Positions 48,060 to 60,536 of a stretch of DNA of 64,000 nucleotides are shown here, one piece after another (position 1 is the stretch's first letter; every line of letters begins with the position of its first letter). Source of the DNA: Nemertoderma westbladi (lineage: Eukaryota > Animalia > Xenacoelomorpha). The stretch covers positions 1 through 64,000 of the forward strand of contig JAUCBJ010007509.1 in assembly GCA_032718475.1 (NCBI GenBank), read 5' to 3'. The position numbers and the translations under genes were made by a program. Under the pieces are notes generated by a model. That model saw only the letters and a list, made by a program, of their open reading frames with translations. It was not told where the DNA came from and did no database searches.

Positions 48060-48780
48060 TCACACACAACTATCTGAAAGAGAGTGGAATGGTGTGGTGC
48101 TGCTGCACAGTTTATGACGTAAACTGTGGTAAGTCATTCTCTTTACAACGTGGTGATTTCTCTGTCCCGGTTTTCTCCTAGTACTCCAGTGTATTGCTGG
48201 TCCTTCAGGGAATCCCTCCGCGATAAAGTTTTCCTGCCGCCGCTCAGTACGGAACGCCCTATAAGCTTCGATAACCTCCGTTTTAAAAAGACCTGGTGAC
48301 TTAGAGAGGATATCGTAGGTTATTGTGCTCTCCCCGACCAGATTTAGGGCGAGTGTGTGTTGAGGATGTTGGAAGATGTAATCCCAGCATTCTTTAATAA
48401 AGGTCACCTTTACTTTCTCTCTCCTTCAGGTTTTTCAGAGTGAGAAATGGTCCTATTTCGGTCATTGCATATACCGCGGGGTTAATCTTTATCCTGAAAA
48501 TTCGCATCCCAGTTTCAACAGAAACGAGATGGAGTTTGCTTAACGAACCTATTATCATGCAACACTTTTTCTTTTTTGTTTCAACATTTTTACTTAATGA
48601 GTGCGCCGTTTTAATAGTTACCCCCAAACACTCATACTCATTTGTCACTGTAACTCTCTTCCCTGTGTATGTAAACACATCTGTTCGGGGGAGAGGACGG
48701 CCCTTTTGGAATTATATAATTTTTGTCTTTTTTAAATTGACCTTCGTGTCGTGTCAGTGCATATAGAAACCAGACGATTC
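48060..48780 (-). pseudogene. LINE RT C-terminal remnant
   Basis: N.KKTK...F, YECLGVT (YLG-like motif), IFRIKINP..Y. Confidence 0.5.
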
Positions 48781-48830
48781 TGAGAAAAAATAATTTTTGA
48801 GTTATGTATTGCATAAGAAGCGCATTTTAA

Positions 48831-49043
48831 TTACCTTTCTAAAGCACCTACCCACATGTCATTGCGACTCACAGTTCAAAAGTTACACAATAAATAGTGA
48901 AAGTATATGAAAGGAAAATTTGAAAGGAAAAATCTTTTACCTTTCTAAAGCACCTACCCACATGTCATTGCGACTCACAGTTCAAAAGTTACACAATAAA
49001 TAGTGAAAGTATATGAAAGGAAAATTTGAAAGGAAAAATCTTT
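48831..49043. repeat. 106-bp perfect tandem duplication
   Basis: TTACCTTTCTAAAGCACC starts at 48831 and 48937. Confidence 0.95.
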
Positions 49044-49616
49044 TTATCTGTCTGACTGTCTGTCAAATATATAACAGCATTCTAGCTAACTAAAATGTTG
49101 TAGTGGGGGTATATCTGGTCGGATATTTCATTTCCGATGTAATGTTTCATGCTTGAAGAAATCTAGACTGTATCTGGGTCTGTCTGTCTGTCGTTCTGTC
49201 TGTAGGGTCTGTCTGTCAAAAAATTAAGCTTCCCCCACAATGTAATATTAGATTTGGAAACCACTGTATTAACTCATATCTTTGTTCGTCGACAAAATTG
49301 CAATATTCAGTCAGTGTATTAGTGTAGCTTGGGAAGGGTTCGAGGCTTGGGTTCGGGCTGCAGTTTTAGATTATTTCTACACACTTGGCCAATGAAATGG
49401 CGGCAAATGGTTGCTCCTTCTGGCCAGCAGGAAGGTTCGAATATACTACTGTTGCAGATGCTATGTTTGGACAAACTACGTGAATCCAGTAAACCTGCTT
49501 TGGAACAGGAGCCCATCGCTACTACAATACCGGGTCGAGTTGATCTTCGTTTCTCTGATGGATTATGTAGGGGTCTCATTTACGCGGCTTCTGCAGTACA
49601 CTGAAAAATCGTACCA

Positions 49617-50082
49617 GGTTCTTTTTTAAAAAACCTCTGGTTTTCGAAAATAACCTCAGGTTAATTTGGTGAATTTTTGACCTGCGGTTAATTCGAGGAA
49701 CCAGAGGTTTATCGATTTAAAGATAACCTGTGGTTAAATTTAATAAATTAAACCTCAGGTTGTTTTCGTATAACAACCAGTGGTTGTGCTTAAGATCAAG
49801 TGGTGTTTCAGGTTTCAAAATAAATGGTTTAACCTGCGTTTAATGTGGATAAACTGGTGTTTCAGGTTTCAAATAAATGATTTAACCTGAATGGTTAAAT
49901 GAAGTGTTGGCTTTTGGAGCAGGACGACCTCGAGCATCTAATGGAAGCAGTCGTGTGCTTCCAAATATACGATACGACAACATTGGGAATTATCTTGTGC
50001 CTACTGTAGATAAAAAGAAGCGGCGCTGTGCAGGATCTAACTGCACAACAAGGATGCATTACCATGTGCAACAAGTGCGATC
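49617..50082 (+). repeat. ~465-bp direct repeat, copy A (AACCTCAGG-rich end plus piggyBac C-terminal fragment)
   Basis: Matches 51781-52244; encodes IRYDNIG..VP...KRRC...C and MCNKCDLGLC (piggyBac cysteine-rich domain); preceded by CACTGAAAAA at 49599. Confidence 0.85.
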
Positions 50083-50454
50083 TTGGTTTATGTCTCTACT
50101 GCAAAATAATCTTATACTAAATTAGTACTCAATTATACTTAAAATTATCTTAACCAAATAATCTTATAATTTTCTATAAACCGAATAATTTCTTGAATTA
50201 TAATATATATTTTATCTTATTATATCTTATATCTATATTTCCATGCATTTTTTTAACTCTGAAAAATTTGATTAGTGAAATGTCCAAGCGTGCACTATAG
50301 TGCACAGATATTTCCAAAAACAGAAATTAGAAAAACAATTTTTTTTCAATTTACTTTGATACATTTACCTAGTTATATACCATTTTTGTTTTCTTGGCTC
50401 CTTGAAAAGTTAATTCAGGATAATTGTTTAATTATTTCGTTTCAATTTATTATA

Positions 50455-51046
50455 ATGCAACCACCACCCGTTGTCGATGGGCGCAGTCACATGGAAAGAG
50501 AGGGGGTCGATATTGTCGATGGGCGCAGCGTACCTTTAAAACCTGTAGTATATAAAAAATCTTCGGAAGTAATTATTGAAAAATTGAATGAAGTACAGGT
50601 ACTTGTAAACCAAAAAGCGATTCTAAGCATGTTGGCTGCAACGAAAAGGAACGAATCGAATTGTGGAGAACTGAATCGAATTACTTTTAACCTGCCTCTC
50701 CGCTCTCTTTCAGACATGGATGCCCTGGAATCTCTATTATTAAATGACGATAACGTCCGAAACATTTGTTAAACAGTTATCCGCTATAGGTGGCCGAAAT
50801 GTAGGGGATACTGTTCGTGCAGTATTGCGAGTCATTTTCGCGGATGGTTGTGCAGTAAACCTAAACTGGTGTGGGACAGGCGGTAAACGAGGTATGAAAG
50901 ATACCATCCTGGTAAAACTAATTACTGAATCTGTAGTCGGATCATTGTATTATACTACTGAATATGGTTATTGTGGTATACACCGGGATATCAAGGAATG
51001 GATGAAGCATGCTAAGGATAGAATAAAACAAACAATAGCAAAATAA
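50455..51046 (+). pseudogene. DUF4806-type EnSpm accessory gene, 3' part (frameshifted)
   Basis: LPL.S..D...LE..L, L..IGG, V..VLR, NW.G..GK, IKEW.KHAKDR. Confidence 0.75.
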
Positions 51047-51494
51047 CAGCAATAAACATTTAATTTAGTAAAATTAATAATTAATTAATCTTTACTAATT
51101 TTATTTGTGCTATGAGTCATTATACAATTGATCGTTACATTGTCATATATATATCAAGATATTGTTTACACCTTTACTAATTGGAAGCTATTTTATTCAT
51201 TTTACTTACCGACCCAGAAACTAAATCTTGAATGGGTTTGGCGGATGCAATAAGGGCTAATACTTATTTTACGTATCACTTTTTTGGAAGAATTTTGACT
51301 CCCCCCCCCCCCCCCCTCTCTTGTCACAAAGTGTTATGATAGCTCGGACGTAAAAATTGAGTAATTGAAAGTTAATGGCATTTCATGGTCAAAAAATATC
51401 CTCATGTTTTCTTAGGTTCAATCCTTCCCTCATGTGACATGATTGAATCGCAATTTGCAGTATTGTGGTATGGTTATAGTATAGATTTATAGAA

Positions 51495-51779
51495 AAGGAC
51501 GTGTAAATGACGTGTTGGAATAAATGTAGAATACGTCTACAAGACGTCTAGCGACGTCTTGAGGACATCAGAAGGACGTGTTAGGGACGTCAATCCACTC
51601 CTTTTCGAGACGTCATTTGGACGTCAATCCACTCCTTTTCGAGACGTCATTTAAAAGACGTCTTTATGATGTGTTGAACACTAGCAAAATGACGTCTTGG
51701 TGGACGTCATTAATAAAGACGTCATCGTCCAAATATGGCGGCATATTGACTTCAATATGACGTACTAGTGTGCATAGGG
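51495..51779. repeat. GACGTC-rich subterminal repeats ending GTGCATAGGG (candidate EnSpm right end)
   Basis: More than 10 GACGT(C) motifs followed by a GGG terminus. Confidence 0.55.
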
Positions 51780-51780
51780 T

Positions 51781-52244
51781 GGTTCTTTTTTAAAAAACCT
51801 CTGGTTTTCGAAAATAACCTCAGGTTAATTTAGTTTTTTGACCTGCGGTTAATTCGATGAACCAGAGGTTTATCGATTTAAAGATAACCTGTGGTTAAAT
51901 TTAATAAATTAAACCTCAGGTTGTTTTCGTATAACAAACCAGTGGTTGTGCTTAAGATCAAGTGGTGTTTCAGGTTTCAAAATAAATGGTTTAACCTGCG
52001 TTTAATGTGGATAAACTGGTGTTTCAGGTTTCAAATAAATGATTTAACCTGAATGGTTAAATGAAGTGTTGGCTTTAGGAGCAGGTCGACCTCGAGCATC
52101 TAATGGAAGCAGTCGTGTGCTTCCAAATATACGATACGACAACATTGGGAATGATCTTGTGCCTACTGTAGATAAAAAGAAGCGGCGATGTGCAGGATCT
52201 AACTGCACAACAAGGATGCAATACCATGTGCAACAAGTGGGATC
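51781..52244 (+). repeat. ~465-bp direct repeat, copy B
   Basis: Near-identical to 49617-50082. Confidence 0.85.
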
Positions 52245-54136
52245 GTTTTGGGCCAAAGAGACACAAAATATAACCCTAATTCTTGGGCTAACTTTTTCGA
52301 CTAAATCTGTATTCAGCCCTGTATCCAGGGTTATTCAGGGTGAAATTATAAGAAAAAACGTTATAAGAAATCGTATGTGTGTTATAGTTATAGCTCAGAT
52401 GAAATGAATAAAATAAATTTTAAAATAGAACAGTAAAACAACATTACTTACCTTAGAAATGCCATGATGCTTAGACTGGCTCTGGCATTGGTATGGGTAA
52501 TGTCAAGCCAGAAAGTAAGACAACCAGTAGAGACAGTAACCATTGCAGGGAAGTGAGTATAAATGATATAGTTGAGGCTTTGTCTTTCAAAGAACATGGT
52601 CATCTTTAGCATAGTTTCTACATCACCTATTTTAATCATGGTACATATATAGATAAATAGATAAATGTAAAATTATACTTTTAGTAAGTTATGTGTAATT
52701 AGGGAGCATTATTAACATATAGCGCTATAAGCTTGCTGAATAAAATTATATTTCCTAATTAAATTCATAGAGGAATTTAATTAGATAAAATGAAAACTAA
52801 ATGAATATTGTTTATGAAAGATAAATAAAATATATAATTAAATAAAATTTAATTTTTAATAATTATAATAATTTAAATTTAATAATAAAATTTGCTTCGC
52901 ATTCTTGCAGCCATAGAAATATTGTTAATTTCACTAGAAACACTAAAACTGCCACAATTTTGGGCGAAATTTATCGAGAGTTTGTTTTTATGAATTAGCA
53001 TCCTCAGCTCCCATAACTTATCGGTTACAATATAAATATTTCTCCTCACAATTTTTTATATTAACTATTTAATAATTTTTAAATGGGTTCAGTATTTAAC
53101 TATTTTAAAAATATATAGTGAAAATCATCAATTGGTTAAAATAAAAAAAATTATAAAATACTGGAGGAGTTGAATTTGAAAATGGGAAATGGCGTCAGGA
53201 ATCCGACAGGAAATAATTGTCTTCAAAGTCTAAAGCTTCCTTCCAGCTCAAAACTATGTCTGGGATCTGGTAGATGAATAATGTCTGCCACAATGGAAGC
53301 ACACTGCCGAGCTAACATTTTCATAACAGGGGTTTTACATAAATATGTTTATCCATTTTGGGTCAAACGTGACCCAAATGGTTGAACACGGGAGGGAATT
53401 GTTTAGTGACAAATAACACAAATTCAATGAGAAGTGATATAATGTGAAAATAGAGCATTCACTCTTATGTGCAAAGTCATAGAATGGCTATGAATGGTAG
53501 AATGGGTCTTCCATACATACTATTTAGAAGTTACATATGACTGAAAAATGTAAGTTTTAAATTTTTAAAACTAAATAGATTAAATTTAAAAAAATAGAGT
53601 AAAAATACAAAAATAAATTAAGTAAATAAAAATCAAATTTAAAAGTTAAATATAGTAATTCAAATTTCAAATATGGTAAATAATATAAGTATATATAATG
53701 CGATTAAGTGTAAGTGTTAACCTTTTTCACCAATAATTTGCTCGGATGTGAGTTTGGATTTTGTAAACGAGAAATCATTAATGATATTAACTTTGAGCAT
53801 CGTTGTAAAGTTGTTATTTTTCTCCCAATTTGGAATTATTTCCACACCTCTTATAACTGCATAGAGTAATAGTATATTATATCTGTAATGTAGTGTGGTT
53901 GACCTTTATATATTTATTTTGTTAAAAGTTATATAACCATATTTAATGCATTGTAGTGAATACTAAACCAATTTACTTAATAAACTACTACTACAAGGTT
54001 GTGTGAGTTCAGATAATTATACATACTGTAGTTGTCGCAATTTCGTTTCACTTAAGTCCAGTATCCCTTTCAAGTTACCATGTCAAACCCAGTCTATGTT
54101 GGAGATGCCTACTTTGAGTTGGTGGCAAGAAAAGTA

Positions 54137-56298
54137 GTTCCCTTGCGATAATTTTGCGTTCACTCGCAATAATTTAGCGTTCCCTCACGATAATTTCGCG
54201 TTTCCTCGCGATAATTTCGTGTTCCCTCACGATAATTTCGCGTTCCCTCGTGATAATTTCGTGTTCCCTCGCGATAATTTCGCGTTCACTCGCGAAATAT
54301 TTTGCATTCCCTCACGATAATTTTGCGTTTCCTCGTGATAATTTCGCGTTCCCTCGCGAAATATTTCAGAACTGAGCGGTGATCTTTCTAGCTAATCAGA
54401 CAAACCAGTAGGCCTATAGTATAGGTGATGGTACACAAAACAATAGGCTATACTGGTAGTGATAGCAGATGTCGGAACAGGAGACCAATGGGAATATCAT
54501 GATTGAGAATTATATCGAACTTGGTTTTACTTATTTGCAAGTTTGCAATATTTAGAGTTCTAACTAAGTTAATTGCTGGCTATTTTTTGGAGGCTATTAT
54601 GTCATTAAAGGGGTGTTCTAGAATTGTACGAGGTGATATGGGAACCGAAAATGCACGAGTCACAATGATACAGTGATACTTGAGAAGAAATGGTACAGAT
54701 ACTTTACAACCAATATGTTACATAAATGGCGCGAGTACAGCTAACCAGCGCATTGAATCGTTTTGGGTGATGCTAAGACGTGGCTGCACTGAATATTGGA
54801 TTGCGTTTTTTCACAACCTGCAGGATACAGGATAGTTCAACAGCAGTTATCTACACAAAAGTGTGGTGCAATTTTGTTTTACCTGTCTAATTCAAACTGA
54901 ACTCGATAGGTTTGCTAAAGCTTGGCATTGGCACTTGATAAGACCGTCATCTAACCCAAATGTGCCCTCTGGTAGACTGGATGTGATGTATGAGGCGCCA
55001 CAATTATGAGCTACCAAGCAGAGCCAGTTCACAGCAGAAGAAAGGTTCAACATTCGACAGAGGAAGTGATATTCCGGACAACATCAGACTATTGTGATAA
55101 TGATATTTACAATCGTTGCATTGATATTTTGGCTGAAAACGATTTTCAGCTACCAAATTCCCCTTCCAGTGCTCAGAATTTGTATACTTTTTTAGTCACC
55201 AGCATTGAGGAAGCAATTGGTGGTAGTGAGTGACTGAACACTGAACTAACTGATTGTTTTGTTAAGTAACACTTGTACTGAGTAACATGTCCATGGGGGC
55301 ATGGTTTTGTTAAGTAACACGTGTAATGAGTAACACATCCATGGGAGCATGAAGTGAGCAAAGCCTTAGCATTTGCGCTCGTTCGTTTTTTACTAAAATT
55401 CAGATTCTTATAAATAATCTTTTGGCAGACTACATGCGTACCAAGTTTGGTTGAATTTCATAAAAGAATAATATTCCTGTATATATTTCCTGTAGGCATA
55501 TGGGTATCGGAACTTTCTGGTTTATTTGATCCATGGACTTGGACTCTACTAAATGTGATTGCGCTTAAATGGTCAACATATGCAGGAAGATATGATGATA
55601 GTGATATGTAATAATATATAATGATATGATGAGTAATATCATCCATCAATATAATTATTGAACAATCTATCTTAGCTGCCTCCATTTTAGCTAAACTAGT
55701 CCCTGAAACTCCACGCGTTTTGAGTAATTCGTACAACCCCTTTGTCCTGGGACAATTATCCATAAAATCCATAGTCCACTAGTCCGAAAATAGGCCTACT
55801 ACTACAGTCAGGAGTCAGACAGTACTACCGATACACGATACACGTATACCTTACAGCAGTGTAAGTACAGCCTTACCATATCTGTCTGCCCATCAGTGTA
55901 TGAAGATCTGCAGGCTACAGTGCTGAGGTACTGTACCAGTACCTATTTAGCATGGATTTAGCATGAGGGAACGCGACATATTTCGCGAGGGAACATGAAA
56001 TTATCATGAGGGAATGCGAAATATTTCGCGAGGGAACACAAAATTATCACGAGGGAACGCGAAATATTACGCGACGGAATGCAAAATATTTGGCGAGGGA
56101 TCGCGAAATATATCGTGTTCGAATGCGAAATGATCGCGAGGGAACGTTAAATTATATATTTCTTCAGGGAAAGCAAAGTATATCGCGTTCGAACGCGAAA
56201 TTATTGCGAGGCAACATGAAATTATCGTGAGGGAACACGAAATATTTTGTGAGGGAACGCAAAATATATATTTTTCCTCTCATATTAGGGGGTCCGTA
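54137..56298. mobile_element. Degenerate IS3EU-like DNA transposon
   Basis: Inverted arrays of ~22-bp TTCCCTCGCGATAATTTCGCG (54137-54370 vs 55966-56270); right end GGGGTCCGTA; integrase remnant at 54600-55230 (VRGDMGTEN, STANQRIESFW, FCF..IQ.EL, W..H.IR); SAM-like second gene 55458-55772 on the minus strand. Confidence 0.75.
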
Positions 56299-56329
56299 GA
56301 GACCTGATATAGAGGTACAAAAACACTAC

Positions 56330-59300
56330 TGCTGTATTGTCCTTATTATTATCTGTTATATTTTGATTATTAGTTTTCCTTGATGTACTGCCGTGCCTTT
56401 CTGTTACTGTCTTATTGTTCTCCTTTTGTATTAGTTTTCCTTGATGTACGGCCATGCCTTTCTGTTACTGTCTTTCTGGTCTCCTTTTGTATTTGATATA
56501 TTTGTGTATCTGTCATTCTATTTATGGTTCTGAGATTATACACAACACCCCATCACACAATGACTCCTTAACAGTGGTGACCCAGACTCAGCACTCCAGC
56601 CTTGTGAAATACAATACAGCAATATGCCAACCCAGTCTACAGTACTGGTTACACTAGAGGACTTACCCTGATCATCCGTACACTCTACCTACGCCAGCAC
56701 ACAGTACATACCGATACAATCATGCCTGAAAGCGATGATGATGCTAGAGCTGCAGGTTAACTATCGCCCAAGTTTCCATAAAGCCACCCGTGTTTTATTG
56801 ATCCAATCCCTGTGTTTGGTTCCAGTTGATGGAATCTCATTTCATATTGGCAGGAATTACAAATGTACAAAATTTCACCACATGATGGCCAATCTACCGG
56901 AGGATGTTACTCTCAATATAGCCTCCGACATCAACAAATATGGGGACATCAAAGATGTAATCTTACAACTTTCCCAAAAGACCAATACCGAGTTATTAGA
57001 AGAAGCCCTCGGACAAGTATTGCTTGATGGAGAGAGAGTGTCATCTCACAAAAGCGGATGATGACATCATGCGCCATAAACTCGCTCTAGTCTAGTTCGC
57101 TCTAGTTGCACACCAACAACTTCCACAAGAGGAATTTGCTGTGCTCGCAGACACTATTTTACAGTTCAGCCAAGCATCTGAACAACCTTGTTCAATAGTC
57201 TCTAAGATCTCAACTAAACCGGATGCCGACTGTGACTAGAATCTATAAACTGCGGCAGTTCCGGCTATTCCAACAGCCCGCGTAAACGGAACAACTGCAA
57301 TGGAGTTGACCATCGTCAATCTAATCCCTCATCGTTCCCCGGGGGTGCCTTGTTCCCATTTTTAGAAGGTCAAAAACCAAAAATATGTTGCTACCATGTC
57401 TACTACAGGGGCCGTGCTAGGCCTGTAAACCTTGGTCACGCCCTCCGTCACATTCTCAATCCCGATCGACCTCCCCTAGTCGATCGGAAAACTAACAACC
57501 CTCAGTACAGCAGCTGCATGTACTGAGGGTGCTGCCATTTTTCCAGACAACTGCAGCCATCTCAATCTTGACGACTAATGAACGCAAACTCACCTTTCTA
57601 ATAGACACTGGCTCACATGTTTCTCTCCTACAGCCATCCTCTGAAGGACTATTGTTGGGAACCCACACCCATCTGCCTACACAATGCGTCAGGCTCTCCT
57701 ATCACCATCCATGGTAAAATACACTTACATATCTCGTTTCTTCGGCAAAATCTCCCATTCATCTTCTATATCACTGATGTTTGAGACAACATTCTTGAAT
57801 TCGACTATCTTTATCAAAATGAGATGTTGTTGGATTGTAAAACCCACGAGATTATAGATAAGAAAACGAATCTATACTCATCAGTGGTTGAACCCAAAAA
57901 CACACGGAGTTTCTCCGTCTCTAAAGTTGAGATCAGCCACCCAGATTCTCAACTAAAACAACTCTTTAAAGAATTCTCCCCCTATTTGATCCTGACAATG
58001 TGTCTTGTTCCGGTTTTGTTCCTGATACTGCACACCGGATCATTACTGGAGATCACCAATCTGTATTCTGTAAACCTCGCCAACTCACAGGAACTAAACT
58101 CAAAGTTGCTAAACAAGTATTTGAAGACATGCTACAAAAAGGATTAATACAACCATCCAGCAGTCCCTGGGCATCTCCGCTCCACATGGTCCCTAAAAAG
58201 CGATCCGTGGATCAGTGGCGACCTTGTGGAGACTATCGCGCTTTAAAGCTGGCCACTCAACCAGATCGCTATCCGATCCCACATATTAACCACTTCAACA
58301 CTCAACTCAAAGACTCAACCATATTCAGCTCAATCGATCTTGTCCATGCGTACAACCAAAGAAGCGTCTCCCCAGAAGTCTACAAGAAGATACCTAAAAC
58401 TGCTGTGACAACTCCTTTTGGTCTGTACAAATATTTGAGTCTTCAGTCTTTCCAACAAACCATGCACAAAGTTTTCCATGATATTCCATTCGTCTTTATT
58501 TACTTAGATGACATTTTGGTACATAGGAAAGATCAAGAAACTCATTATAAACATCTATGCGTGGTTTTCGAACGACTCCATAAATACAACCTAAAGATAA
58601 ATTTTGATAATGTAAATGGCTCCATGACTCCATGGTGTTTCTAGGATTTAATCTCTCCACCACAGGCATCTCGCGTCCAGTCGAGCATGTTGCCACGTTG
58701 ACCGATCTCCCAGAACTCAACAGTTATGCAGAGCTGCGAAGAACAATCGGTATGTTTACTTTTTACCGATGATTCATTCCCCATTTCAGCTCCATCATAG
58801 AGCCTCTTCAAACACTGCTTAATAAAACCCAACCAACCAAGAGACACTCCCCTCACCAAAAGTTTATACAGGAAGAGTGGACTCCCGAACATTCTTTATA
58901 ATTTACTGACCTGAAGTCAGCATTATCAAATGCTATACTGCTCCATCACCTACCAATTGATGATTCTCCATTGACCCTCACAACTGATGCATCTAAGATA
59001 GCTATTGGTGGGGCACTTCACAATACAATATTGACAGAAGAATCAATTCCTAGGTTTTTACTCGCGTCGACTCACCATGATTCTCAGTGGTCCACATTCG
59101 ATAGAGAATTACAGCATACCAATCGACTATTTATTTCCATGAAACCCTTGAAGGCCAAACAGTTACATTGTTCACAGATCATAAGCCTCTAGTATCCGCT
59201 TTTAACAAAATGAACAGCGTTTCTCAGAGACAAAACTGCCAACTCTCATTCCTCACCGAATATATCGACCACATGGAGTATATATCTAGTGATACCAATT

Positions 59301-59530
59301 TAGTTGCAGATACTTTATCTCGGCAAGTTAGTTCTACTCATATTGAAACTTTTGGATTGGATGATATTGCCCAAGCTCAATCACAAAATCCGGATTTAAT
59401 TCCTCCAGACTGTTCCTTGAAAACTGTAACATTTAACACAGCAAATGGACGAGATCTCATCTGCAATACTTCCACAATCCACGCGACCAATCATCCCGTC
59501 CAGCTTACAGAAAATAATCTCCGATGAGTT
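56330..59530 (+). mobile_element. Degenerate Ty3/Gypsy LTR retrotransposon
   Basis: AACA followed by GTGGTGACCCAG (PBS-like) near 56573; gag remnant; protease FLIDTGS; [24 protein letters not shown]; RNase H TDAS, DREL, TDHKPL, N.VAD.LSR; many frameshifts. Confidence 0.88.
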
Positions 59531-60536
59531 ACATGGTCTCAATTTAAGAAAGTACTCTAGGGTTTCTCTATATAATATTATTAAAAACACAATTAACCCC
59601 GGATGTGGGTGTTTACAATTATTATTATTAAAAATGCAATATTAACTATTAATATTTATGACAACGATTTTAACATGTTAAATTATTCATACACATCACA
59701 TATACACAAGCATAAATTCACACATAGAATATATTTCAATAAATCACTGATCTGGGCTAATCTGTGAGGTCTTTTTTGCTTGTACTTTTCACCTATTTAT
59801 CTTCTCTATTGAAATGTTAACAATAATATATATATGTTAATATTTAGTTGTAAAAACTCGTGTTTAATGTTTATTACAAGTTTCTTAATAAATTGTGATA
59901 TATATTACACCAAGGTATTCATTCGAATGTGGAATCTTGAGTTCATATCTACTCACAATCATTTGCGTAAATGGCAAACAATACCATGGTGCAGTTCATG
60001 ACATCATGTGGAAAAAAAGATACATCATTGTTGCAAAGCATTGTTCTCTTCTGCCTGGAACAAACACAATTTTAAATATTGTTTAGCTATATAAATAATA
60101 GTAATTGTTTTAAACCTCTGGGACTAAAAATAATTATGTCAGGTTCAATGATCATGATCATTCTTGACATATCTTAAATGCTCTCATTAAACAACTCGTT
60201 AAAAATATGGTACACACTTTTAAACAGGATACTACTGTAAAATATCATAGTTTTTAATTACGTTTGGCATGCTTTAACAAGGCCTGTTGGTAATATGGTA
60301 GCTGTTAAGATATCCTTTTCACCAGATATGTGTAATGCCCCACGCAAATGTTCCATAACAACCAACCATAAATATGATATATCATCTTCACTTGATACCA
60401 AGAATGGTGCAGTCAGTGTACCAATCTACAACAACATAAATTGTAAATGTCAAGATGAGCGCAGTCAAAATAACATTCTACAACATAAGATATGTAATCA
60501 GGTGACCTCCGGGTAGAAAGTCTGATGCTCTAACAA

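Noticed and set aside
49319-49579. Minus-strand ORF with FEPSCWPEG..CRHF resembling a LINE ORF1 C-terminus
   Set aside because: Single short motif; insufficient support for a feature call
49617-52244. Direct repeats as LTRs of a retroelement
   Set aside because: No TG...CA ends, PBS/PPT or retroviral genes; the contents are DNA-transposon fragments
53355-53400. TTTGGGTCAAACGTGACCCAAA dyad resembling a piggyBac-type right end
   Set aside because: No intact AGGG-TTAA terminus or matching left end found; too weak to annotate
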